From the NCBI RefSeq assembly GCF_964355755.1, contig NC_092679.1:14429432-14493431 (forward strand): 64,000 nt of DNA. The letters run 5' to 3'. Both the position numbers and the translations under genes were made by a program. Shown here one piece after another: positions 27,701 through 40,155 of this stretch. The DNA is from Antedon mediterranea (lineage: Eukaryota; Animalia; Echinodermata). The notes under the pieces were generated by a model. It had not been told where the DNA came from, made no database searches, and was given only the letters and a program-made list of their open reading frames with translations. The first letter of the stretch is position 1, and each line of letters begins with the position of its first letter.

Positions 27701-29559
27701 TATATCAAAGTGTGTTTGCAATATTTAAAAGTTCATCGTTTAAAGACCGTAAGTTGATATAAAAAACCTTCTTAAAGTGTCATTTGTAAAAGTTGTATGC
27801 CATGAACCCATACACTGGTGCTCGTATTTCATTGACACATTATTATAAATAAAAACGGATTAATGAGTTTTTGATATTTTATTGTAATAAAGCCGGTTTT
27901 CCCATAAAGCGTCGTCGGCTTATGCATAAGACGCCTATTTATACACAATGCACCCCTGTTGAGAGGACACATTGATTTGCTTAATTTTGTTATGTATTTG
28001 GAAATCATTATAACAATTATAATACAAGGTAATACATTACAGAGAAATTGCATTTATAGAACATTTTCAAGGATATTCCAAAAATAGTAGCAATTATTTA
28101 CATGGGGTCATTCCTTGGTATAGGCCTATCAAGAAGTTTTAGTAATTAGCATTCCCTGACCGACTCTCTTTTTATTTGTCTTCATTGTTATTTTATTCTT
28201 TGCTGGTTTAAAAATAAGTTTATTAATTCATTGGCTTGTTCTAATGTGAATTTCTTTAGGAATTTTTCTGTGATATTATCTAACAATTTTGACACCTTGG
28301 CTTACATGATCTTACTAACAACTTAGGCTGTCGGGGGGCACGGCACGTAATAAGCCTGCATGAAGAAAACACTTTATAACATATACAGTATTGGGTAGTA
28401 CTATAGATGTCGTAAACCTAGAACCAAAGGCAGATTTGGAACTACATCCCTCCCGTAAATAATTCACACAAAACGCATTTATATTTAATATTCTTTGCTC
28501 AGACTATCGCGAGCAGCGGAAAGGAGGAGGCCTAGACTACTCTGTTAGCAGACCCTGATCATACTGTATCCCCTGAGTCATAGGCCTAACTAATGACTCA
28601 CGATCAGTATACTATCATAATGCAATATTCATATTTAGAAGGCTTGTGAACCATGACAAATTAAATTCGTATTTTACTTTATTCAATTACAGTTTTTTTA
28701 TATATAAATAGGCATAATAACGGGGTTTTCTATACAACATAAAATAGACCTCGATATGAAAAAAGAAAGTGTATTATTATTCTCTTGATGCTCATTATTG
28801 TTAGTTAGTATACAATATACAATAGGCTTGTTCGTGTTTTATAATAAGTCATGATATTTATAAATAAACAAGATTAGTAAATTAGTACAAAGAGAACATT
28901 TTACATGCTGATAATTTTGTAATGTATAGAGGGCGGCGTACAGTTAATTTTTCTTTTATAATTTATTTACCTAAAGATGAATTTCTCCCTGAAAACATAA
29001 TTTTGTAACATAATTTTGTTGAATACGCAATTTTAATGTTACATGATATTTATTGAAATGGCTGCCAGTCAATTGGTTTTTGGTTTAATTTAATTTATTT
29101 TGTCTTTTTTTAAACTTTTTTTCTCCGAAAGTAATAACTTTATTAAAGCTGCAAAATGGACTAATAATAATGGCAAAATCTTATTTTATTAATCTTCATT
29201 TTTCATGATTTTGGAGGGACAATACATCTTTAACACTAACCGCAAATGCTTTGTAACAAAAAAACGTAACGCAAATTGCAACGAATACACATTGTTGATC
29301 GTTAAAAGTTCAAAGACGATCGTTTTCAAACGATCAAGTTGAAATGATAACGCGAACATTTTTGATGTCTAACGAAGAACGTTCAAGTTACAGTATCTCC
29401 TTCCGCGACTTCGTCGTAACGGGAAAAAATAAAACAGACGAAACACGAATTGTAATAGTCTAGTCGGGCAGCATTTTTAATTTACTTATGCGATTTGGCC
29501 AATTTTGATTTTTCACTTTCATGTGGTCAATAACATCATAAGAAACAAATTTAAACTTT

Positions 29560-31110
29560 GTGTCCAACTTTCAGATGCGTTTTTCGCCTTTTTAAAATGG
29601 CCGCCTATATCATATATCTCAACAACCGCTTATTCTAGAAACTCAGTTATGGTCTCTAATTTTTCATAATATTATACATATTTATATTTGCTCTAATGAC
29701 AAGTTTCTTGAAATAATTACGAGAAGTGCCACTTCTGACCTTTTGACCTTGACCTTGATTACATCTCAAAAACTACTCGTTTGCGTTTTTTTTTTATTTA
29801 TTGATTTTTAATTTTCATGTTTTGGGGAAAATGCATCTTTAATTAATTTGATCTTCAACATCATCTAGTTGTGGAGTCATGTCCTTTGTTTAATTTTCAC
29901 ATCCATCGCCAGACTCACAAGCATCAGTGCATCTAGAAGAGCATCAGGTGCTGGTGGATTGTTGGTTTAAACTACTATTCTCTAGTTTCCATGAGTAATC
30001 TGTTGTTGGTGGAATATCATGGATTTGGCTTAATTATATGATGACTTCCATACTAACGACATAAAGTATGCTCTTTCCACATGTGGTCTCAGGGTTCCTA
30101 TTGTTGGAGATAATTGCTTTCCTTCCCTACCCTTTTGTGCAAACAACATCCACCTTAATTCGTTAACATTATCGGTCTTGATTGTATTAGTTCTGTAAAG
30201 TAAGCAGACATACCTTTCCATTTGTTGACAATACAAATACAAATCCAATCTGGTATTTGAGGTGTCCGGCCATATACAGCAAATGCATCAATATATCATC
30301 ATCATCACACTGCATGAGAGCTTTAAAGTGTGCTGTTACATCTTTCCCAGCAAATGCATCTGTTGTGTCACTCCCTTTGAATGCATACCAGCCAATAAGT
30401 GCTGCTTACCAAGTTTGAAGTAACACTCCCAAATAGGTATTTTTTCACCTTTTTTTTTCTAAAAAAAAAAGTGGTCATGTCATAAATCAAGGGATAACTT
30501 CCTGTTAAGAGGATCAAAACATCAGTGTCTACTGAAAACATATCCAGAATCTTAACATTTACAGCATGAAGTAGGACGAACTGATCCCCTTCCTCTAAGG
30601 AATGTTCTCCTGCAGTCATCTCTGGCATAGTAACAATACTAGACAAGTTACAGTTGGCCTTCATTGTTGAGTGATGCGTTACTAGCACTCTCATTGCTTT
30701 TCCTTTGAAGTGATTACGTGCCTTCTCGGAGAGATATTCTGTCAACTCAAAAAAAAAAATAAAAAAGTCTGTTTTTTATCTCAGTGTTATCATTGACGTG
30801 ATACTGGATAACATTGGTTTTGGTTGTTCTCTTATCTCGTAAAGTTTCTTTCATGAATTCTATTAGGTACAGGTCAAACACAATACGTACTTCATTGTAT
30901 GGTGTACTTATACCAACGATAATGTTGACAAATTCAGAAGCAACGTGGGAAGCATTGAACTTATCAGATACCTTCTTCACCATATTTACGACACACATTC
31001 CATCAATAATTAAAATTAATACTGCAGTGGGATCATCATTTTGGCACAGTGTTGTTAATGTTGTCTGGCAGTACTGACTGTACAACCTTGGATTTCCCAG
31101 AAAGCATTAT
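29560..31110 (-). mobile_element. Academ (XPG-type) transposon 3' remnant
   Basis: IIDGMCVV..VFD, EEGDQFVLLHA, DTDVLILL, LSPT...ERAYF..VWK motifs of the XPG/PIN-like region; subterminal tgacctt repeats. Confidence 0.65.
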
Positions 31111-31126
31111 CATTCTTACATCAGGA

Positions 31127-33790
31127 TAATAATAATAATAATAATATTTATTCAGTTATTTGGAAGCCTGTATAGAAGATGTTCGCAATTGGATGACAAC
31201 AAATTACCTAAAGTTGAATGATGGAAAGACAGAGTTTATTATCGTCGGATCTAAATGTAACATCTCCAAAATCAACATCACACATATCAGAATCGGAAAC
31301 TCTAACATCGCTCCCTCATCGGTGGTCCGGAATCTGGGAATCATGCTGGATAGTAATCTCACTATGGAAGCACAAATAACAACTGTATCCAAAGCAGCAT
31401 GCATATCGATTAGGAACCTTGGTCGTATTCGCGGTAATCTTAACAAGAAAACAGCTGAATTGATTGTACACTCATTTGTCACTTCTAAAATTGACATTGG
31501 TAATGCCTTGTTGTTTGGCATACCAAAATCTCAAATACAACGTTTGCAGCGCTTGCAAAATATGGCAGCTAGAATTGTAACTTATACAAAATCAAACGCT
31601 CACATAACTCCTGTCCTGATGGATTTGCATTGGTTGCCTGTTCAACAACGTATTAAGTACAAACTTGCGTTGTTTGTATTCAAGATCCTAAATGACAGTG
31701 CTCCTGCTTATTTATCTGACCTTGTGGATCGTTACGAATCATCCCGCAGAGGCCTACGATCATTGTCACAAAACCTTCTTCAAGAGCGTAGAGCGAAAAA
31801 TCAGTGGGGTCAGAGATCTTTTTACGTTGCGGCCGCAAGTGTATGGAACAGCTTACCAGCAACAGTTAAATGCTCAACTAGTCTAAACAGTTTCAAGACC
31901 AACCTAAAGACGTCGCTATTCGCTGATGTTCTCGCACGTTGTTAATGCACAAAGCGCCATGAGCGCCACATGGGTGGAGGATACCGGCGCTATATAAGTT
32001 TTCATTTATTATTATATTATTATTATCAATGTAAAAATAACCAGGAATGAGAATAGGCTAAAGCCCAAACAGATTCTGCACTCACTCCATACAATACAAT
32101 CAGTTAAAGATAAAACCATATACAAGAAAAATACAAATAAATTATACATAACATGAAATATAGTGTTTTGTTAGAGCAGCCTTAAATATTGAAATTGTTT
32201 GTGAATCTTTTATGTCATTTGGTATTTGCTCCCATAGTCTAGGAAAGGAAACAAATACAGAATTATGAAAAGTATTGCCTTTCGAATTCCAACGTAAAAG
32301 CCTACCCGGACATCTTTCACTAGTTTAAATATACTCATTGAAAGAATGGGGACAGTAACGTACCTTTCAACACCTTAAATCCTAATGAAAGTCTATGTAA
32401 TTTAAACAAGTCATCAATAGATAATAATTCAAGCACTTTCAACCTATGAAAATAAGATGTGTCCCAGGAACCTTCCTTTCTAAACATTATTATCCTTGTT
32501 GCTTTCCTTTGTATACTTTCTATTCTATTAATATTTGATTTCTCAAATGGTGCCCACATTGAACAACAGTAGGTAACCACTGGAAGTAATAGAGCTTTGT
32601 ATAAGTTCAACATAGCTAACCAGGACATATTTTTACTACATTTTGAAATGAAACCAAGCAATCTGCTTGCTTTACAACATATATAATTAACTTGTGTATG
32701 ACAAGACAACGAACTATTTACATAAACACCTAGAAATTTGAATTCTGTAACTTTAGGAATATTGTCTGATTCTATGGTATAATCCCAGTTAACTATCTCT
32801 TTACATCTTATAACATGCATTACGGCGCATTTGACAGGATTTAAGGGAAGTTTGTTTACATTTGCCCATTTAGCAATTAAATCTAAATCCTTTTGAAGCA
32901 ATTTACAATCATTATTGTTATAAATAGGACGTGATAATGTGTGATCATCAGCAAATTGAAAAAGTGAAGAAGAAATATTATTTACAATATCACTTACATA
33001 AATCAAAAATAAAAGAGGGCCCAAAACTGACCCTTGTAGTAGCCCTGAAGTAACATTTACCCACTCTGACTTTTCTCCTCTGTAAATAACCCTTTGGCGT
33101 CTATTTGAAAGAAAATCTGTAATCCATGCATTAGTGTTTCCACCAATGCCACAGTTATTAAGTTTCTTAATTAATCTTTTATGAGACACCTTATCAAATG
33201 CAGACGAAAAATCAAGAAAAATAATATCAATATTTTTACAACCTTTAAGTTCTAAGCTCTGTGCCCATGAATGAAAAACCTTTGAAAGTAAAAGTTCAGT
33301 ACTATACATTTGTCTAAACCCAAACTGATTTTCTGAAAGGATATTATTATATTCTAGATATTCCCTTAAGCGATAACAAAGCAATTTCTCAATAATCTTA
33401 CAAATTATGGGAGTTAAGGACACTGGACGATAGCTTTTCATTTCGTCTTTGGGTTTTCCATTTCTTTTGAAAATAGGTACAACATTTGCATCCTTCCATT
33501 GTTTTGGTAAAATACCTTTTTGTACAGTTAAATTAAAGAATGTACATAAAACATTAGCCAATTGTGCCTTACATGACTTTAAGAATATTGGAAGCAAACA
33601 ATCAGGTCCTGGTGATTTGGATACATTTAACTGTGAGAGGGCATAAAATACCTCAGGCATCACAAAGGGTTCACATTCAAAGTTGGTAAGACAATCTATT
33701 GTATCCAAATCACAATGCTGATCATTATGCAAAGGTTGTTTACAAATTGTGTATTGAAAAGATTAGCCAACACCTTGAAAATTTGATGGT
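31127..33790 (-). mobile_element. 5'-truncated CR1-group LINE (RT 32335-33732); tail displaced to 31127-31158 by an L2 insertion
   Basis: KSPGPD, YRPVSLT, LDFSSAFD, QGSVLGPLLF, FADD motifs; 3' UTR near 32030-32100; aataaa-(tat)n tail on minus strand at 31127-31153. Confidence 0.85.
31159..32027 (+). mobile_element. L2-clade LINE 3' fragment
   Basis: NYLKLNDGKTEF, LQRLQNMAAR, LHWLPV motifs; gcgctatataag-(tat)n tail. Confidence 0.9.
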
Positions 33791-33869
33791 GGAGTACTAT
33801 TGAATTCGTATCAGGTCAGATTTTATTTTACTTTTAAATTGTTCAAAATATATATATTTATATTCACTC

Positions 33870-34410
33870 TAATACAACATTTTGTCTAACAATGACCGGA
33901 ACTACCATTTTTAACATTTTTACTTTTGACCTCACATTCTCATATCTCATTAATGGCTAATAGCACATGCTTAAAATTAGGCTTAAATTATTCAGAAGAT
34001 ATATTTTTATATTTGTTGTAATGAAAACTTTTTGTTTTAAATGACCTTTTGGAATTGACCTTATTGACCTTTGAGCCTGAAACTTCATATCTCGATAATT
34101 AATTGTCATAGAAGCATAATATTAGGCTTAAATCATTCAGAAAGTATAATATTCATATTTAATGCAATGACAAATTTGACCCCAAAATGACAGGAAGTGG
34201 CATTATTGACCTTAACACATACTCTAACGGACAATCATTTGACCTTTGACCTTCTCATCTCATTAACGACTTAACTTGTCTTTACACAAATCTGGGTACC
34301 GTCTAATGGCTAGCACAAACACATCTGTATCTGGGGAATACATTGTAGTTTTGGTTGCATCAGTTGTTGCATTAATAGCATGAAGCAGTCACTTTGTGTC
34401 GGCTTCTTTA
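33870..34410 (-). mobile_element. second Academ remnant (short XPG-like fragment plus subterminal repeats)
   Basis: 34273-34409 minus reads KEADTK*LLHA...YSPDTDVFVLAIRRYP; tgacctt/atatctc repeats as at 29.6-29.8 kb. Confidence 0.6.
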
Positions 34411-35817
34411 AGGTATATTTACATCTTTGTGTGTTGCCTTGCACTTAGATCCCAAGCTACTACATAGCTATGGCATAGTTATTGACAGCGACCTCCGTGA
34501 TGGGATGGTTGTTGCCAGCGTCGTGGTTACTGGATGGCTTCGTGGTCGTTGTCATAAGTTATTGAAAGCGTCTTCATTGATGGGATTGTTGTTGCCAGCG
34601 TTGTGGTTACTGAGTGGCGTCGCGGTTGTTGGCAGCGTCTTCTTTAATGGGATGGTTGTTGTCAGCGTCGTGGTTACTGGATGGCTTCGTGCACTGTAAA
34701 AAGTAGTGTTAATGTTTAAACGCTAAAATTAATACGTTTCGGATAACACTTAATGAACACGTTTAAGTGTTAATGTCAAAATTATTAACACGTTTAAGTG
34801 TTAATGTTTCCATAATTATTAACACGTTTAGGTGTTAAAGTTCCAAAATTATTAACACGTTCAGGCGTTAAAAGAAATAACACATATACACGTTTATGAG
34901 TGGATAACACTTTATTAATGCTAAAACATGTTTATATACAGAATGGTGTTAAAGTACTCTTAAATAGTATCTGTAATAAACACAAAAATGAAAAAACAAT
35001 CATTTTTGTCACTGTTTCAGATCTTGTAAATGCGATCATTGCTTTGCGTTTTTTACTTTGGTAGAGAATGTTTGGAGCAGTGTGCCCTTGAAAGTTTATA
35101 AACTGCCCTTCACCAACAATAAATATCTTTGTACTGCCGTCCATACACACAATGCGTAGTAGGGCAAGAGGACTTGTCTTGAAGCTGTTCAGCCAGAACG
35201 TCTGATACGTCTATTTCCTCTACCTGAAATATAAGGAAATGTAAATTGATTTCATTTTCAGTTATTTTATTTGATTGAGAGTCACTTTTAGGCATATCTA
35301 ACTGATGCATGGTCAGGTGGATATTATATTTTAATAATAATAATAATGTCAGTTTTTATATAGCGCGCTACACAATTAAGACTCGGAGCGAAAATCAAAC
35401 AATACATAAATCAATGTGTTAATTATTACTAATCACCTACTTCCAACATTGTCATGACGGTCTTGGATCTGGTACATTTGCCTTTGACAACGGCAACCTT
35501 CTTCTCCAGGATGTCCAGTAGTCTAATCGAATCATCCTCAGCTCCCTCAAAATAAAATAAATTAATAAAAAAAATTTAAATTAAAACAATTTCAAAACAA
35601 TTTAAAAAAAATCTGGGGGCCTGATAAACTAATAAAAAAATGTATGGACCTTAGAAGTAGACTGGCCTAGCTAGGGGCTCAAATTGGAATTGGTCATATG
35701 ACCCATTTATTTTTAAATAGGTAGCCCGGTAGGCAAGGATTAGGCAGGCATATTAATAATAGGTAGGTAGGCCTAGGTTAGACTTAGAATGAAGTACTAA
35801 AAATAAAGGCCTAGCTA

Positions 35818-38520
35818 TAGTTGAAGGGTTGAACCGGGAAAATGGTACAAAGCAAATTTTTACATCGTTGGAAGCGCAATTTTATGGAGAATAACATATC
35901 CAAATCGACAAAAATCCAACTTGGGGAAAATTTTTTAGACGCGTTTTACTTTTATTTTGTCAATTTACTTAAACCACTCTTACAGTCATTATATAATCGT
36001 ATATCTTGGAAACCGCTAACTGTAGAGTCTTTAATTTGGTCTCTAATTGTTTGTTATGTACATATTTCTATTTGCTCTTACGAAATTCTTTGTCAAAAAA
36101 TGGCGGGAAAGTTTATTTCTTGACATCTTGACCTTTTACCTCTTATTTCGATATCTCAATAAATACTGAGTGTACAAATTTAAAATTGGTCTTAAATTGT
36201 TCGTAAAGTGAACATTTCTATTCATGCTAATGACAAGTTTTTAAAATAAACGACATTAAAGAGGTCATTTTGAAACCATAAACTTGTATAATAACAATAT
36301 AGATGGAAGATGGAACATTTTGTAATAAAATCGACTTAATTATAAAATTAGGCCATACCATTCTTTTTCACTATTCTTCATCTGATTCATCAACAACCAA
36401 TTCCTCTGAATTTTTGCAACTGTCCCCTCTGCAATCTCCACATGATGTTACGCATTTCAGTCCATTTTTACGACATGAACATAAATTTGTACCACATGGG
36501 TTGTTGGATAATAATTTGCACTTGCAACGAACAAACTTTAAAAATGTCTGGTGCTGCAGCAGAATCTGTCATGATTGGAGTTAGATGGGTTCCTTCGCAT
36601 TTCCAACCCCATTGTAAAGGGTCCAAGTCAGTATTTAGTTTTGACCACACAAGTATCTGTAAAAGTACCCGCAGACTATGGAAATATGCTGCTCTCTCTC
36701 TGTAGGTGGAAGTTTTTGAGGCTCAATAGATGATTTTGATGCTACCATATCCATAAATTTCACATACCGTAAGTTGTTTAAAGATTCACAGTTTTTGCCA
36801 CCGTAGATTATTTTGAATACTTCAAGTCCAGCTTTTCCAATATCTTCTGCTGTTGCACTCTCATCACTAACTGACTTGGATAACTGTTCCTTGGCACTAC
36901 GAATTTTCTTCAGAAGATTAGTTTTTCCTTGGCCAAATATGGAAGATGTCGTATCGCAGCCACTCCAAGCATGAGCGAATGACAAATGTGATGTTACATC
37001 ATTGCCAGTATTCTTGACAGATCACAACTTTTCTACAACTTTAGCTCTTTATTATATGACTGTTTCGCTTCAGTATATATCTGCCATAGTTGGGTTAAAG
37101 TGGTACATCAGCAACACAAGCACGTCTGTGTCATCGGCTACCACATCAACAGTTTGCCCTTGCCGTGCGTACTCTAGAGCAAATGAAACAATCATTGTAT
37201 CAGCATCTCCGGTACTTGTATGAACTACATGCCCATCTTTTTTGAGGTAGCAGCTTAACAATTCAATTAATTGACATTTATTTTTCTCATTCGATAGAAA
37301 TAATTAATTCATTCAGTTGAATAGCGGCGGATGTTCTTCCAACACGCCTTTGATGCTCATGGTCTTTTATTGATGGTCCCTTTTCATAACACAATGCATG
37401 AATCTCAACATTTTTTACGAACATAACTCACATACTGCATGGCTATATCTTTATATGTTGCCCCTTTTGCCCATTTAACTCTGTGTAAGAGCTCCTCCAT
37501 CTAAAACATACATTGTATGTTGGTTTCGTGCAAGTGATTGTGTTCTGCTTCAGTTCTGATGGAATCAAATATTTCAAAAAAGTTTGTAAATGAGGTGGTA
37601 TCCACATTTTGCCTCGTTCAATATTGCCGATGTCTTCATTCATGGGATATGATTCAGTGTTGTACTTACTTTCTCTTATTTCTGCTCGTAAGATAGTTGC
37701 TGCAGTACATACAATTCGCTCTGATTCATCTTCAATGTTTTGTTTTCTCTCCGAGTACCATTTCTCATTAAGTATGTACTTTGCCATGTTTTTGAAACAA
37801 ACAATATTCCCACGTCCTTCAACCTCCGCAAAGAAAATAAATTGTTTGTAACGTTCTTCTAGCTTTTGTTTTAGTCTTTTAACTGAGTATATTATAGACT
37901 CTTCAGCTAACTCTCTCATCTTTGTGTGTAAGACTGTAGAGTTCTGCATCAGCTTCTAATTCCAGCCACTGGCACAGTTTTTCAAAACATTGCAGCATTT
38001 CTTGGTGTTCATGCCTTCCTTGCTGCTTTTTTACACTTGCAGACGTTTTTCAATTTCAGAAGCCCAAGAGTCTGCTTGTGCTGCGCATTTCTCCAAAAGT
38101 CTACCACGAATCGTAACAATATGTACACGTGGTGTTCTATTTGGATGCCTAGTATCAACTGTAGTGGATTTCCCGCAAAAAAAAACAATCTCTCTTCCAG
38201 TTGAAAGGTAAATCATTAGATCGTAGCCTTTTCACACTTGAAACATCATCCTCACGTTCTTCATCACGCCCAACTGGGACTCTTTCATTGGTAAATTTTC
38301 CACGACATTTCTTATGAACTAATACTTTACCAATTGGTGTGGACTTGGCACATTCAGTTAAATAATTTAATCTAAATGTCCACGGTTTTTACTGAACTCA
38401 ATCATGGTGAGAATTCTCTTTCTTGTTACATTGACTGGCACAACATCATACTCATACCAAGTGTACATATCACACAACGGTCTTCATTCAAGTTGTTATA
38501 GACAATAATATTTTCCATCT
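35818..38520 (-). mobile_element. internally deleted Academ transposon nested in EnSpm (ends uncertain)
   Basis: DADTMIV, DDTDVLVLL, HAWSGCDTTS, LPPT, QWGWK and a C-terminal Cys-rich finger (CSCRKNGLKCVTSCGDCRG); N-terminal HKKCR and CFFCGK fragments. Confidence 0.75.
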
Positions 38521-38579
38521 TTGACTTTTGTATTGATATCAAAAGTTATTCTCACTGTAGACCTATGATGCATGCGTTA

Positions 38580-38737
38580 AGGGTCTTTCAAACCTGTTCC
38601 GGCACGGTTCCGGTCCGGCGAATCGAACATCAATGTTTCGTTTTCACGCGGCTATGCGCCAATCGATATGTGCGTAGCCGCGTGAAAACGAAACATTGGC
38701 GTTCGATTGGATTTTCCGGCGCCGGATCGGAACCGTG
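38580..38737. mobile_element. second copy of the 392-572 Harbinger-type MITE, right end truncated
   Basis: near-identical sequence, preceded by TTA. Confidence 0.9.
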
Positions 38738-40155
38738 AGAAACTTCAACGAGTACTTTAAACGTCATGCGTTAATAAAATATTTTCACGGAGTAAATATA
38801 ACAAAACAGGAAAAAATCTGAGATATTCGTAGCTCTGAAATTCATATTCATAGGTTTACCAATGTTTTTAAATCACGCAAATGAATAAGGCCTATCATAG
38901 CATAGGCCTATGTATTATTTCCCATGTAAAACTTTATTTTAAAATACAATGATCGTTATAAACACCATGGTGTTAAAATGTAACGGCACTGATAACACAC
39001 CAAGTGTTAATAATATGCTACTTTAACACCTACCGTTGATAATTAAACATCACAACGTGTTAAAATACAACGCCAGTTTTTACAGTGTGGTCGTTGTCAT
39101 AAATATTGACAGCGTCTTCATTGATGGGATTATTGTTGCCAGCGTCGCGGTTACTGGGTGGCGTCGTGATTGTTGGCATAGTTATTGACAGCGTCTGGGA
39201 TGGACACGCGAAATTTAGGACAAAAAAATAGGATAATTTTTATTGTTATCCGTAAATAATAATATATTTTTTCATACATCTGTTATTTTGTTTTCGTAGT
39301 CGTTGAAATACATGATGAGTCTGATAACCAAATGATCCTTGTGTGAGCTTCCACCAAGATACCCCCTCGTTCGTGACATCTTCCCCGCTACATCTCGTCC
39401 ACCTCAAAGTGAACCTCTAACTGATCTCTTTCCTTCTTTCTTTGCCGGTTTTCCCACATCCTTAACTTATACTGAGTGTCTCGTTCTCGCCTCATGGCCA
39501 GTCTATGACGGCGTCTTTGGTTCTGCCTTTCCTCTTCTTCTAGTTTGTACTATAAAAAAAGAAGCTTAATTTAGAGGTATTCTATAAATAATCTATAAAT
39601 AAAATAGGTCCACTGGCATGTTGACATTCCCCTTCTCTCCCTCTTTTCCCCACCAACCCACTTGGTTAATTGTTTTTCTTTGTGTGTTATTTAATTATTT
39701 TACCTGGTGGAATTTATTAGCGGGTTTAAATCCTTGCATTAGCAGATTATTACGACGGCGAGGATGGTTGTTTCGAACACTGCAGAAGATTGACGGTAGC
39801 TCTCTGTCCACACCAGGCCCAAACGATAATTTCAGCTCATGTATGAGTCCGTATCGTGTCGGTGGTCGACGTCGTTGGACACTAGCAAGCTGACTGGCTA
39901 CTGACATTTCCGATGCAATGCTGAAAAAACAAGGAATACTTATCAAGATGGTGATGTTGAAGATAATTTGTTAAGAAATGAATATGATGGCGATAATTAA
40001 TGATAATGATGATGATGAATTAATTGTAATTATTGCGGGTGATTTACCTTCTAATCTGATTCTGTGCATCGGCAATCCAATCATAGTCACCTTTTGGAAA
40101 ACGAAGTAATATTAATAAGTTTTACTCATTTTTAGAAATGAAATATCTATAAATA

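Larger units (their letters stand above)
34692..39087. mobile_element. EnSpm/CACTA-type non-autonomous transposon
   Basis: cactgtaaaaa...tttttacagtg TIRs; 2-bp TG TSD (empty-site version cttcgtggtcgttg visible near 34538); palindromic aacac-n-gtgtt subterminal repeats at both ends; spliced gene remnants 35030-35546 minus. Confidence 0.85.
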
